In this document: positions 40,810 to 53,514 of the stretch, piece by piece
How positions within the stretch are numbered: position 1 is the stretch's first letter
How the letters are laid out: each line of letters begins with the position of its first letter
Source: Haplodiscus bocki
Lineage: Eukaryota
Direction: 5' to 3'
DNA length: 64,000 nucleotides
Assembly (NCBI GenBank): GCA_965655095.1
Contig: OZ296651.1
Location: 81,778,001-81,842,000 of the forward strand
Translations under genes and position numbers: made by a program
Notes under the pieces: generated by a model
The model's input: only the letters and a program-made list of their open reading frames with translations
Databases searched by the model: none
Told to the model about the DNA's origin: nothing

Positions 40810-42600
40810 GATGGAGATCTTGATGGAAGAATTCAAGCCAATGTAAGGAATAAAACCAGAGCTTTTTCAGTATAAGAGTCCTGTAATAGTAGGAAAACTT
40901 CGATTGACAACCTCATACAAGAATTCAAAGCTGTAGTTTTCGGGATAGATGTGTTGGAATTTCGATATATGTCTGAACCAAGAGCAGTTTTGCCACTTAT
41001 GGCCTATCAAGATTTCAATTCCGATGTAGAAATCATTTTTTAAGATACTTAGAAACGAACAATCCGCTTCAAGTAGTAGGCTATCGAGATTGCAACCTTG
41101 ATTCGAATAAAATGAAATAGAGAGAGTTGAAGAAAAAAAAGTTTGAATACCGAGGTGTGTCAAGACTGAAAGCGTTTTCTGGCAGTTCCGGTCCATCACG
41201 ATTCCACAGAGGGGTACAGATTCAACGAATGCCTAATCAAGTTTTTTAACTCAAGTAGGAAGCATAAGAATGCGACTGTGAAGAAGGACATCAAGTTAGT
41301 AGTGATGAGAGAACCTTGTTTAGAAAATGGAGAAGACTCCATATTGAAATAAACTTCCTGACATTTTTGGATTATCAGAAGTCAATCGCAAGGAACGCGA
41401 AAACCCTTCGATTGCGACATTGGTGGAAAAAATGAAGCCTGTAGTTGCGGACAAAGATGACTTTGAATGCCGAGATAAATCAGGTAATAGCATATTTTGG
41501 ACTTTTCGAACTATAAATATTCTGATGCGAGGAGAAAATCAAGGATTTGATTGGTGAACCGATCACCCCAAATTTCGAACTTTCGGCAGAGACCAGGATG
41601 GAAGATACCAAGCCTCTAGTTACGGAGAACCAAGAGTTTCAATATCGATATGAAACTTTTTAAATAGCTTCATTGGGAGAATCGGAAGGTCAGTATTCCA
41701 ACGCAAGCAACAAAGACAACAATAATCCCATCGAGAATGTTTCTTCAACTATAAAGCTTTTAATTGAAACCTCAGTAGAAGAAATGAAGCCTGTAGTTAT
41801 GGGTGAAAATTGAGGATGAGTTTGAATGTCGAGAAAAATATTGGTTTGAAGGTCGAGGTTTTTTTTGGAAATTTCGGACTAGAAAGATTCTGATACAACA
41901 AACAAAATCAACGGTTTTTCACCCCAATACTCCTCTACGAGTGTTGTGTTTCAGATTGAGTTCTTGACGGAGGAATCGAACCTGTGGTGGTTTAGGAATA
42001 CAAGTCTGGCTTTTGAGCGAAATAAATAAAAATTGCACTATTTGGAAGTTTCGGACTGTCAAGACACTGATGCTAAGAACACAAATCGACAATTCTCCCT
42101 TGGAAAAATTTTCTACAGCTAGAAAGTTTTCGATGCTGACCCTGATGGAAGAAACTACAAAGCCTGTGGTTTTGGTGAAATATGGTTTGAATATCGAGAA
42201 AAATCAAAACTATTAAACATTTTTTGATTTTTCTGACTGTCGGGATTATGATGGAATGATCAAAAACATTGGTTTTTTAATCGAACGATCCTCCAAAATG
42301 CGAGGTTTTCGATTGGGACCTTGATTGAAGAAATCAAACTTATCGCTGTTGAGAACTAAGTGTTTAAATTTCGATAAAAATCATCATAAATATCAATTTT
42401 TATAATTTTATGACTAGCAGGATTCTGAGGCAAGGAACAAAATCGTTACTTCTCCATTAAGACAGTCCACCAGGAGTAGAAAACATGCGTTTGAGACCTT
42501 TATTTGAGATTCGAACCTGTATTTTTGCAGAGAAGTGAGTTTCAAAATCAAGGAAAATCAAAACTGATCGGGTTTTTAGGCATTATCTCAATGTCGACAT
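40810..42600 (+). repeat. Degenerate ~178-bp tandem repeat
   Basis: The motif gagacc.tgatggaagaaat.aagcctgt.gtt recurs at ~41416, 41589, 41766, 41958, 42138, 42316 and 42493 (spacing 173-192 bp), with weaker copies at ~40814 and ~40907. Confidence 0.75.
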
Positions 42601-45329
42601 CACAGATCTTTATGACGCAGCAGAAGTCTTTTCGAAAAAATGTGCATTTTTTGCGCGCGGATAACTTAGGATGAAGATAGAACTAATACATAAAATTTGA
42701 AAAATTTTGTAGAACTGATTAATTTTTTAGAATAAATTTGTAGAATAAATTTTAATTTTAATGTTTTACGACTTTTTAACGAACTTATAAACTTTTTTAT
42801 CGGTTTTTCAAGAAAATTGGAAAATTCTTGTCAAATTTTGAAAATTTTTGACAAAGAACAATTTGTTCCACTTACGTCGGAAAAGACTCTAAGTTTTGTT
42901 GTTAAAAGTAAGAACATGTTAACGAGTTTCTGAAAAGATTTTGAAAAAAATATGGCCGATAGCGGGATTCGAACTCGCCACCTCAGGCTTCCGAACTGCG
43001 ATGACACCCGACACTTGTTTAATACAAGACACCAACTACTCTGCAGACTTGAAAAACAAAAACGCCGACTACTGAATCGAATATTTTCCATTCGAAAATT
43101 TGTTTTCGACGGAAAGTAATAACTCACAAGAATTGCATACTCTTTACACAATACACCACTGCTGAGGAAAGCATATGAGTTTGCTGCGAGTTGAAATATT
43201 CCTGCATTGACATTCCGAAGCAACAGAATGGTTTCAAAAGCTGTGCCAAACTCGTTTCGAAATGAGTAAAACTGGCACTGCGGAAATTTTGTACTGTCGG
43301 ATAAAGTATCGGCGAAGATTTTTGAACAGCTTGCAATATCTGATACTCCACCGCAAAGCAACGGATTGTCGATTAAGGGCTGAATGGTCAGTCTGACCAA
43401 TAGTTGGGGAAAAACAAGCTTTTGACGAAAGACCCACAATTAAACTTACTTTTTCGTTTTGAAAATACAATTAAATGGCAGAAGATTTCAAAATCAGCTG
43501 CCTCTGCAACCCCGCAAATCTACACAGTAAGAAGACGATTTAGTAATTGATGAACACAATGTAAAATTGATTGTCAAGAATAAATCCCTCAACGATCGAC
43601 ATGAGAGAGCTTTCGATTTTTCGCTAAGATAATTGGATTTCTTTTAACTAAATCTTTAACAGATCATTCTCGATTTGCAACACAAGCTCGAGACAGAAAG
43701 TATCTCAATGAAGTCGAAGATGGACGCATTCCGACTTCTAAAGCTTGAGAAAAACTATCTTGAAGATTAACGTGGAAAAAAAGCCAGTGAATTTTTTCCG
43801 AGTCACAAATTAGGAGTCAAAATGTTTTCGTATTATAAATTTTTCTATTATTCTCATGAAACGCGTCGTGAATGCTTCTATACAGTTTGCCCTCATGGAG
43901 GGTTTTTGATTGAGCACTGGATACCTTCAATCCAACACGGAGGTTACGAGAAAATTTACCTCGAAAAGAGAGACATTTGTATTTTTGGAATTTCAAATAC
44001 AAGTCAAGATAATTCGAGTGAACACTTCGAAACAGAATATCCTTATTTCTTGAAATTTTCACTGTTTTACCGGGTTCTGAATGAGCCTCGGATGGCCTCA
44101 GTCAAACTAGTTGTCTCCGAGGAAAAAAAGGTTGAAAAAAGTGGAACCAATTTGAAGAAATTGTTCGTGGATAATGACTTTGTTCTCAGCCCATTTTCTT
44201 GAAAAATCCATGGCATTGGGCTGGAAAATAGGAAATGTCAACAATTTTCAATTGGAAAGTTATATATAATGAACAAAATCTCAGATATTATCAGAATTTG
44301 GAAACAGTGGGTTTTGAACGACTTGAAGAAAATGTAAAGACCCGTCAACCATAATACACTTGCGTCGGATGTGTAATCACAGGCTTCTGCCATTCTTTTT
44401 CGATCCCCTCACAATGCGGAAAATTTCCGACATTTTGACAAAAATGTGACTTGCCCGGGTCTCGAACAAGATCTTTCGCGTTGTAGTGGCATGCTTTCCC
44501 AACTGAGCTATTCTAATCGAGATTGGACAATTTCATTTTGAGGTTATAGCAAAATAACTGGCATTGAATTTCGTATTAGTTACGCGTGTATACAAAGCTT
44601 TAAGCATTAGGTGACTTATTTAATATAGTTCCTGTTCATTTGTTTAATCAGTAGTACTCGTAGTCGCGTGGCTCCTTTGATAATCCTGTATTCTCTTGAT
44701 GTGTTCTGTAGTAAGGTTTATCACACATTCTGACTGAAAGTAAATGTGTATCGAAACGGGATTTTGCTTTAATTTTCTTCCGCCGTAATGTGTAGTACAA
44801 AAAAAATCGATTCCTCAGTATGTTGACCTGAGTTCTCTGGTGATTTGTCATATTCGCTTGAACATGTTCAGCTTTGAAACGTTTTTTAAACCTAATAGTG
44901 ATCCTCTGGCTAGGTAGAATGCAGTTTTGTCTTCATTTCCGAAATTGTTTTGCTCCGAAAAACTTTATAAATTTATAATTTCGAGAATCCTTATGGAGAG
45001 TTTTCGAGAATACTTTTCGAGTAAAATTCTAAGTTTTCGGATTTTTTTTTCAAAAATGGCTCCAAATGTTCCTCTGAAAATCAGTTTTGAGCTTTCCAGT
45101 TTTGTCTCAAATCGTACGAACTCTGCTTTTATCATTCTGTCCAAAGCGTGCATTTTGTCAAGTTACTAGAGGAGTGGTGTAACGTAGAAGCTGAAAGTCA
45201 TTTGACTCTAGATTTCTTTTGCGCGCAGTACGGGAGACTTTAATCTGACTGACGCCCTTGTATGCGGTGTTTGACTTAGTTTCGCTCTCAGTGGTCTGAT
45301 ATTTGGCCTTTTGCCAGCTATGTATATCG

Positions 45330-46250
45330 ACTGTTTAAAGTGATTACCGTCCATGTATGAGGTGATTCACTCTTCAATGGTCTGCAGTTTCTTCTTGCAT
45401 GCGAAATGGCCCGTTTCACAGTGATTTACGTCCATGTATCAAATGTTTCACCGATATTTGACCTGTTGCCTGCCATACAGCCTTTTTCTTTTTGATTAAC
45501 GTCGTTCTAACAGGTGTTTGGCGTAGTTCCAATCTCCAACTTACATATTGGGGATTTTACAGTTTCACTCCTCAGAGGTATAATTTACATCTTTTGTTAG
45601 CGATATGACCAATTCAACGTTAATCAACGTCCAACTGTGATGTGTGCTACATCGTTTCAATCCTTTGTGATTTAATATAACATACTTTTTTTGCCTGGCA
45701 TAGAGCCCGTTTTCCATTCTTTCACGTTCATTCTTTGGGTGTTTCACTTAGCTTGACTCCTCAGTGGTTTAAAAAAATTGCTCGCAATATGGCCACTTTA
45801 ACGTTCATGAACGTCCATGTTTGTGGCGTTTTTAGTAGTTTAACTCTTGAGTGGTTTAATATAATTTTTTTACTTACAGTATGGCCAATTTGATAATAAA
45901 TGTCAATGTAACAGCTGTTTTGCGTATTGTTGCTCCTTTGCGGTCCAATATGCTTCTTTTGGCTTTCGTTATTTCCACTCAAAAGTTAATTAACGTCTAT
46001 GTATGAGGTATTTCTAATATTTTTACTCCTATGTGGTCTAATATAATTCTTTTTGCTCGTGTTATAGCGACTTAAACGTTAAGTAACGACCATTTATAAG
46101 CTATTTTACGTATTTTCACTCCCATATGGTCTCTTGTACTTCTTTTTTTTTTGCGATATGGCTGCTGCGATGTTAATAAACGTCCACGTATGACGTGATC
46201 TACAGTTTCACGATTATGCGGGGTAATAAAAATTTTTTTTAGTGGGTTGG
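45330..46250. repeat. Highly degenerate ~92-bp tandem repeat
   Basis: An aacgtccatgtatga-like motif occurs at ~45627, 45811, 45992, 46085 and 46180, with spacings of ~93 or ~183 bp. Confidence 0.5.
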
Positions 46251-46904
46251 TGTGTGAATTGTCTTTCGAGACCAGTGATCTCGCCTGAGATGTCCAAGTT
46301 TTTTTTGCGAAGTTGTGCTTCTTTGTGTCCAGTACGTCAGTCGAAAATTGAATTGAACAAACTTTCAGCATTGCGGCAAACTCGTGGTTCATTTTTTTCG
46401 CGAGACTTTTTCTGGTAAAGTTCACAAATCAAAAAGGCCTATGGGTGTCACATTTTCTTTTGGTTTTCGCTATTTTAATAAAATTTCATGAACTGTCAGA
46501 TGCAGTTTTTACGAATCACTGTCTCTTTTTGGATTCTACTTTATACAGAGTGGATATCAGTAGATAAACAGGAAAACTAAAGTAGAAAACGGGGACACCT
46601 ATAAATTTTTTATGAACTTTTTGAACAAAAGTTACTTGTTTCTACCGTGGATAAGAAATTCCGAAATTAATTTACTCTGGAAAAACATGATTTTTTTTTG
46701 CAATGAGTGGCGTCTCCAAAATTCGTAATCTAATTCAATTTTACAACTACAAATCATAGAACTTGTGTGAGTACGGAAAAGCGAAAAGTTAGAAGATGTT
46801 TTTATGGTTCTATCCTTCATTATCATTTTTTATGGTTCTATCGTTCATTATTATCCTTTTGAATGGATTTTTTTGAATCCTATCAACTCTTAAAAAACAG
46901 TTAA

Positions 46905-47752
46905 ATATATGTGATGTCGTCAGAGAGTCTAGTGATTTAGTATAAACGGTCAAAAGGGGCCATTTTTGAAACATCTTGGGCAGGTACTTGTTTATTTCCG
47001 TGTTCGAAAGTGCAAGTTTTTGAAAATTGGACTGAAAAATGAACCACAGCGTTGTTAAAACTAGTGTTCCACTTAACCGTCATGTTTTGAACACGAAACA
47101 GTGTGGGACCAAAAAACGTTGCATGTGAAAACTTCGAGTTTTCAAAACTCAACGTGGTTAATACTAGTGAACAAGACATCGGAACTTTTTTGTAGTCGAT
47201 ACATACACCTGTCAATCAGCAAAATTGTTGCAAGCCCGGAATCTCAAACTGTGAAAATGTATGTTTAGATTATGAAAGTTGTTTACCGAAATTATGCGGC
47301 TTTCTTTTTAGTGTTCAAAATCACAAGCCCTCATAATTGACAAGCGATAGGAGACTTTTGAAGCTGTTTTGACGTCTTGTTGACTGATATTAGCCTTTTT
47401 GGGATCTCGAAATTTTTGACCTGGAACGTTTTTTGGGACACTTCGTTTTTCCACTGTTGCGTTGTTTAATGTGTAAATCTTATAAACGTTGGGCCACCAA
47501 AAAGAGAATCTTTAAAAAGAAATGATTGACAGATCAATTTTTCCAATAATAAAGACCGTGACAAGGACTTGTCTTCAGTCAGCTCTTTCGAGCAACATGT
47601 TGCTAATCATGTAGTGCAGTCTTTCTAAAGATGACAGTCAGGTATTTGATCAAGGTTCAAATGTCTCCCAGGACCTTTTTTTATGTGTAAACTTTATCTT
47701 TGATCTCAACTGACAAGTCAGAATGTGTTGCAAAGTTCCGCTTCGCCTCTGT
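46905..47752 (+). repeat. Dispersed repeat (unclassified TE remnant), related to 50800-51345 and 39760-39960
   Basis: Shares the blocks taaacggtcaaaaggg..gaaacatctt and tgcaaagttccgcttcgcctc with 50800-51345. Confidence 0.6.
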
Positions 47753-47886
47753 GTATAAAATACTATTAATAAATTTTTTTGGTAAAACGCTCTCTCAAGA
47801 AAATGAAATAGTTACAGTGACAGGCTGCTAGTTTTTCTACGAACGTACTGAAAAGTCAAGTTTCAGATCTTGCGATTTTGTTTTAG

Positions 47887-49614
47887 ATGGAACCATTTTT
47901 CGCAACTATCGCTCTTTACGATGTTCAAAATGGATGCAAATTATCTGAAGACGTATGGATTGATGTAAACCCAAACGCAGTCTGGCGGATGGTTCGAAGC
48001 AATGAGTTCGATAATGAATCACCGACCACGATGTCTTCGCTAGGTCATATAACATCATCGCTTTCTCTGTGTTCACCTAAGCATGTCCTCTTCCGGATTC
48101 CTACAGACTGTAACCCAGAAAACTTGTTTTTCTACGTCAAAATTGAAAAAGTCCTTCAAGGATCGATTTCTCAGTCGTTCGATGTCTACGGACGTGTTGG
48201 AGTAGATCAAGAACACAAAAGTGTCCAAAAATATTTGAAACAAGTTCACATGTTTTGTCAAAAATTTGGATCCAAGTTTCGAACCCCTTTCTGCTGGGCT
48301 GCAATTCCTTTTCCACAAGCACTAATACAGAGTGAACAGAATGAGTTATCGCTGCCTTCCAATAATTCAAGCTTCAGAGCTACTGCACCTCTCCTTAGAA
48401 TAGACCAATCGAAAATTTCAGCAGAGTTTGTCAAACGAAACTTGCAAGATGCGAAGTTTTACATTGACAGACCTGAAAAATTTTCAAGCAGGTTCACAAT
48501 AATTCCAGATGCAAACATTGTGTTCGATTTTAAAGACATTGCTTGTGGGCTGCCCTTGGGAATGCAGGTTGTTAACCCATGTCTTGTACAACTTAAAAAG
48601 GAAGTTTTTATTTCTAGTTTAGAACGAGATGATGCATCACAAAAAATCAACGAGGTTGACCCTTATAGCTTAGCAAAAGAAGCTTTCATATTTTCTCCAT
48701 TCCATTTTCTAAGCGACGAACCATGTAACGAGTATTGCAATATTTTGTACCTGAATCAAATTAGTCTCAAATTTGACTGCCAAAAAATGTTCGCCAAAGC
48801 TAGAAATATTGCGTGTTGTATAAAGGTCTTGGCCGACGACAGCTGTCAATCTCCACCTCTATCGGTTATTTACAGTCCAGTTTTGGGCCATTCTCAAATT
48901 TTTACTAACCAGTATTTTACGTCTCTGAGTCATCACAACTCAACTCCAGATTTTCAAGATGAAGTCAAAATAGAACTCCCAACTAGACTCACTGACAAAC
49001 ATCACTTGCTTTTCTGTTTCTATCACGTTAGCTGTGATCAGATTTCCAAGTTGACTACCGGGAGCTCAACTGTTGGGAAGAAAGCTGGTGCTAGTATGTC
49101 TGCTGTTGAATCGAACGTCGGCTATTGCTGGATTTCTTTGAGTACTCTGTTGGAAAAAGGAGAATTTTGCGCCGCAAACGGAACTTTAGAAGCTAGTCAT
49201 TCCCTTCCTGTTGCGGGGTCTGTTGCTACTGGATACTTGACCGCTGGCGGAACATCTCAAGCAGCTCCGTCTCAGTCTGAGAGAGTAAAAGACTCGGAGT
49301 CGGGATCTCCTGAGAAGTCGGGATCTTCTATGGTGATTTTAAACGAAAAGCTGGAGAAAATTAAATTTGTTGATGGCGGAAAGAATATTTTCAGCTTCAC
49401 TTCCAGAATTAGAAGTTCAGTTCTGCCTCATTCGAAGTTTTTACGAAACTTGTTCGAGGCATCGGCAGTCAGTATAACAAAATGTAGTGGACGAATTTCG
49501 AGGGTCTCGCTTGAAAGTGGAACTAGCCAGAGTGTCGATGAAACCAGTTCCTGTCCAAAGGTATCTGTTGGATCAGCAGGGACAGTTGAAACTGTGCTGT
49601 CCCAACACATAAAA
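47887..49614 (+). CDS. DOCK9: DOCK-D family (DOCK9/10/11, zizimin-like) Cdc42 GEF, internal exon including the DHR-1/C2 domain
   Basis: Acceptor ttttgttttAG before 47887 and donor AAA|gtttgt after 49614; 576 codons. Motifs EPFF..ALYD, KIEKVLQG, FRTPFCWAA, LKFDCQKMFAKARNIA and PDFQDEVKIELPTRLTDKHHLLFCFYHVSC match DOCK9/10/11. The symbol indicates the subfamily, not strict orthology. Confidence 0.93.
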
Positions 49615-49797
49615 GTTTGTTAAAATACTTTTATGTTATCAAAAACTTTTGGTATATTGAATTTTTGAGTTCATTCTGGTGATGGAAAATGACATTTGGG
49701 GAAAAAAGCATTGAAGGAAAGTACTGAATTCAAAGGTTTTCGATGTGGCGTTGAGCTCAGTTTTTCAAGCATGGTCAATAACTATGGAACTAGTCAG

Positions 49798-50063
49798 TAG
49801 GAGTGTGCGATTAATTGACCGACAATTGATGTCAGGCGAACTAATTGATAATTGATTGAAAAAAATGGTAATCAGAACTCATTTCGATTGTTTGTTGGAG
49901 TATGTTTTCAACTTACTTACTGTTCAAGTACGTAAGTAAGTAAGCTTACTGAGCAATTCAGCAGCAGTCTGAATACCTAAATAATTGATGGGTAATTGAC
50001 ATTTTCACTTACTAATTGATGAAAATCGATTGAATTTCAAATTTCACTAATCTCACAGCCCTA
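49798..50063. mobile_element. Old hAT-like MITE
   Basis: Imperfect TIRs taggagtgtgcgatta / taatctcacagcccta (TAGGG-type ends). The flanking 8-mers ctagtcag / cttgtcgt match 5 of 8, a possible decayed TSD. Confidence 0.55.
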
Positions 50064-50114
50064 CTTGTCGTTAATAAATTTCTGTAATGAGCACTTCTTG
50101 CTCTTTGTTAATAG

Positions 50115-50227
50115 GCCGCGCACGCAATTGATGAGAACGAGCTGGTCTGGTTTTTACCTGTCATCCTGAACCAAGTGCTGAATTTGATGACGAATTCGTC
50201 CCCTGAAATGCAAATTAACATTACAAG
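50115..50227 (+). CDS. DOCK9: DOCK-D gene exon (AAHAIDENELVWFLPVILNQVLNLMTNSSPEMQINITR)
   Basis: Acceptor ttgttaatAG and donor AG|gttggg, in phase with the previous exon. It matches the DOCK9 segment LHAM...FLPTILNQL...VNVTR. Confidence 0.88.
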
Positions 50228-50799
50228 GTTGGGTTTGGAAGAAATAACAAGAAGATTAATCATTCGTATATGCAACTTTTGCCATTCTCGGCCTAACAGA
50301 TTTCCAGTGCAAGTATCCAAATGCCAAAAATTTTTACTGAATAATCCTCTACAAAATGAAAACTGTTGATGGATGAAAATCAGCCTGAAGTTCTGAAAAA
50401 AAAACAGGTTGGATTGTGAAAGAAAATCAATAATGTTTGCACTTGTTAGGATTTTCGATCCATCAAGTTTCCGATACAAGGAATGTAAACCAACACATTG
50501 TATTGTGGAAAAATTTACCTTGGGTGGAAAATTGTCGATTGAGATTTCGATGCAAGATATCTAGCTATAGTTTTGCAGAAAAGTGACTTTGTATATCGAG
50601 AATAATAAATTCGAAATGTTTTTTGGCCTCTAGTCGGTCTCTAGGGATTACAAAGCGACGTGTCCCTCGAAATGCTATTTTTGATGTTAGAGCCAGAAAA
50701 AAAACCGATACTGAAATGAATTTTCGGGAGAAACAATCCAAATTTTTAAATTGAAAAATTTTTTTCTTCACAAATTTTGATTGAAGAGAAAAATGTGTT

Positions 50800-51345
50800 T
50801 TGGAAACCGGCTTATGCTGAGTTATTTTATCCTGTCTGAAACTGGCATTCTGTGACATCTTCTGAGAGTCTTGTCGTCTAGTTTAAACGGTCAAAAGGGC
50901 CCTGCGTGAAACATCTTAGCGGGTAGGGTATTTTCGCTTTCTGTAAAGTTCAAATTTTTGAACATTGGTCTGATAAACGAACAACAGCCTCATAAAATGT
51001 CTTATTTTACACATCAATGTCTTCGTAGGAAACACTCTTGGTGGGATATTGTCATTTCCGCGTGGTTTACTGTTCGAATCTTAATTATCGGGCTGTAGAA
51101 TGGCAAATCCTAAACAAGGATGATTGAGAGAGTAAATGTTTATGAGGAACTGTGACAGTTGCTTGTCGCAATTCGATGCTTTTGAACAAGCGCTCGATTG
51201 ACAGTCAGTGTAATTTTTCTGAAAGTGTCAACCACATCTCGAATCATGTTTTCAAACGACTCCCAGGAACTTCGATGTTTAAATCTTATTTCTGATCTCT
51301 ACTGAGAAGTCAAAATGTGCTGCAAAGTTCCGCTTCGCCTCCGTA
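50800..51345 (+). repeat. Dispersed repeat, related to 46905-47752
   Basis: Same conserved blocks in the same orientation as the copy upstream of the large DOCK exon. Confidence 0.6.
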
Positions 51346-52189
51346 AATTTATTTATCACCTTCGTTCATCGGATGATCAAATAGTTTTTCTTGATTAGTT
51401 TTTTGGATTTTGAAAAGGGTTTAGTTGTCACATTTCTCTACAAAGCAGTTTTTCAGAAAACAGAAACTACCTTGTCAAAATACGGTAAATTTTATCAAAA
51501 AGCCTATTTTTCGGGAAAAAAAGGTATCCAACAATGCATAAGTTTTTCTAATCTTCACAACTGGTATGTAAACCCGCTACCTGTGGGCTACGTAGCCGTG
51601 GTGACACATATATGTTAGATACAAGATGCTAGCAACGACGTGTACCGACATTGGCAAATTCTGGAAACGGACAAAGCCACTGATTTGCATTTTTTTATTA
51701 CGAAAAGTTTCGTCGACGGAGAAATTTTTCACCTGAAAAAAAACTACATTGATTGGAGCAGAAAAATCGTAATAGCTAAGAAATGAATGCGTAGACGGAG
51801 ATTTGAGCCAGTACCTAGCGTTTCAGAGGCGAGTGGTCCTTCCTATGATGAAGAGAGACTTCTAGTCAAATTCCAACCGATGGAAATTGAAATAAATGGC
51901 AATGCAGAGATTTGAACTCGGAGTTAGTGTTACCTTAGTCCTTACCCCACTGGCGATCATTGTTCTTTTCCGTCGGATTGTATATTATTAAAACAAAATC
52001 ATTCAATGTAGACTTCCTGAACCAGTGATTTGCCCATTCTGACTGCGTCACCTGCGAAATTTCCAAGATTTTCTTCGCTCAAAATGTTCTCCGGACGCGT
52101 AGGGTGCATTTTTGACAGCGGTCGAAATTTTTTCGAAGACCGTTGAAAATGACAATTTTTCGAACATTTTTTTCAAATCATCTACATTG

Positions 52190-53230
52190 TTCACTTTTCT
52201 CCAGGGTCTTCAGTCAACAGTTTCCTAATTGAAGAGGACCTTTTGAATGAAACTTCACCATTTTTTTTTCTGTGCGGCCGCATCCTGACATGCCGAAAGT
52301 GCCAAAATTGCTATCAATAATTACATATCGCTTTTCATTATTATAATTATCCAAAAGTCCCAGCTTGACTTTTGCATCGAGGTTATCAATGGATAGCTTT
52401 CTGCTTAGGTAAGACCATAGAAAAGTAATGGCTTTCGTTCCTTCGTCTGAATCCTGATAGTACAAAAAGTGCTTTTATTTTTCACAAATTCATAATGAAA
52501 TATTGGCTCTACTTCCTTCCATCAAGGTCTCAATCTGCAGGTTAATATTTCTAGAGGACTGCTACAAAACAAGAGTTATCGATTTTTTTTCTTGTCGGAA
52601 TATTGATGATCGCAGAATGCCAAAATATGCTGATAATTCTGACATCTTGACCTTCAAATTCATTTTTTCAATACTACCTGCTTCACTCCTGCAAAGTTTT
52701 CAATCAGTAACTTCTTACCTCAGGAGGGGCTTTAAAAATGAATCATCAACTGTTCCTTGCGTCCGAATCCTGACAGATCATTGATGCCAAGAATGTTAGT
52801 ATTTACAGATCTCGGTTTTCTAACTCTTGTGTCTCCAAAACATCTACTTGAATTCTATCAAGGGCTCAATCAACAGCTCTGTAATTGAAGAGGATTTTTC
52901 AATAGAAAAATTATGGATCCTAATCCTTGCGTCCGAATCTTGTTGGTCCGAAAATTCCAAAAAAAATCAATTTTAATGCATCACGATATTCAAGTTCATA
53001 ATTCTTCAACTATTGGCGTGACTTGTTCCATCAAAGTAGTAATTGGCTGCTTTATCTGTAAACGGTCGTCAAATTGAATTTCGGTGTTTTTTGCACAATC
53101 CACAGATTTTGCATTATCGACCGAAAAGTGCAATTGTTTTGTTATTTTGTCGATATTCAAACGCAGCTTTTTCTAAAATTCTCAGCTTGAATTCTTCCAA
53201 CAAGATTTCAATCGATAACTTTCTATTCAG
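52190..53230 (-). repeat. Second array of the degenerate ~178-bp repeat family, inverted relative to 40810-42600
   Basis: The reverse complement of ~52502-52531 (gagaccttgatggaaggaagtagagccaat) matches ~40814 gagatcttgatggaagaattcaagccaat. The reverse complement of ~52751-52774 matches ~42418 caggattctgaggcaaggaaca. Confidence 0.65.
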
Positions 53231-53444
53231 TCAAAAATTTTGTAAAAATTGTTGTTTGTTCGATTGAGCATTTCTACACCCCCAGGATGGAAAGTATCGC
53301 CTTGCGGTGCTGCCTCTTGTTAGTTTTATAAAAGTTATATGAAAATAGTTTCGTTCTCTTAAAATATGGGACGAAAAATAACAATTCTTAATCCGGATTC
53401 AATATCTTAAAAAATCAGATAAGATAATATCTTTGTTGTTTCAG

Positions 53445-53514
53445 ATTTCTCATTCACATTGCAAAAATCTTAGATAGCCAGAAGCGAATAAATCTCCTAA
53501 TCGTCTATGTCAGG
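53445..53514 (+). CDS. DOCK9: DOCK-D gene exon ((R)FLIHIAKILDSQKRINLLIVYVR)
   Basis: Acceptor ttgtttcAG and donor AGG|gtgagt. It completes the phase-2 codon of the previous exon and aligns to the DOCK9 segment VIIHVVAQC...LRSYVK. Confidence 0.82.

Noticed and set aside
42831-44202. 202-aa minus-strand ORF (42831-43439) and 126-aa plus-strand ORF (43822-44202)
   Set aside because: Non-ATG starts, no recognisable domains, and the first runs through a tRNA-like repeat. They are probably chance ORFs in TE debris.
49615-49623. ORF-track end of the 578-aa DOCK ORF as a true C-terminus
   Set aside because: The last codons are read-through into the intron; homology continues in phase in the exon at 50115.
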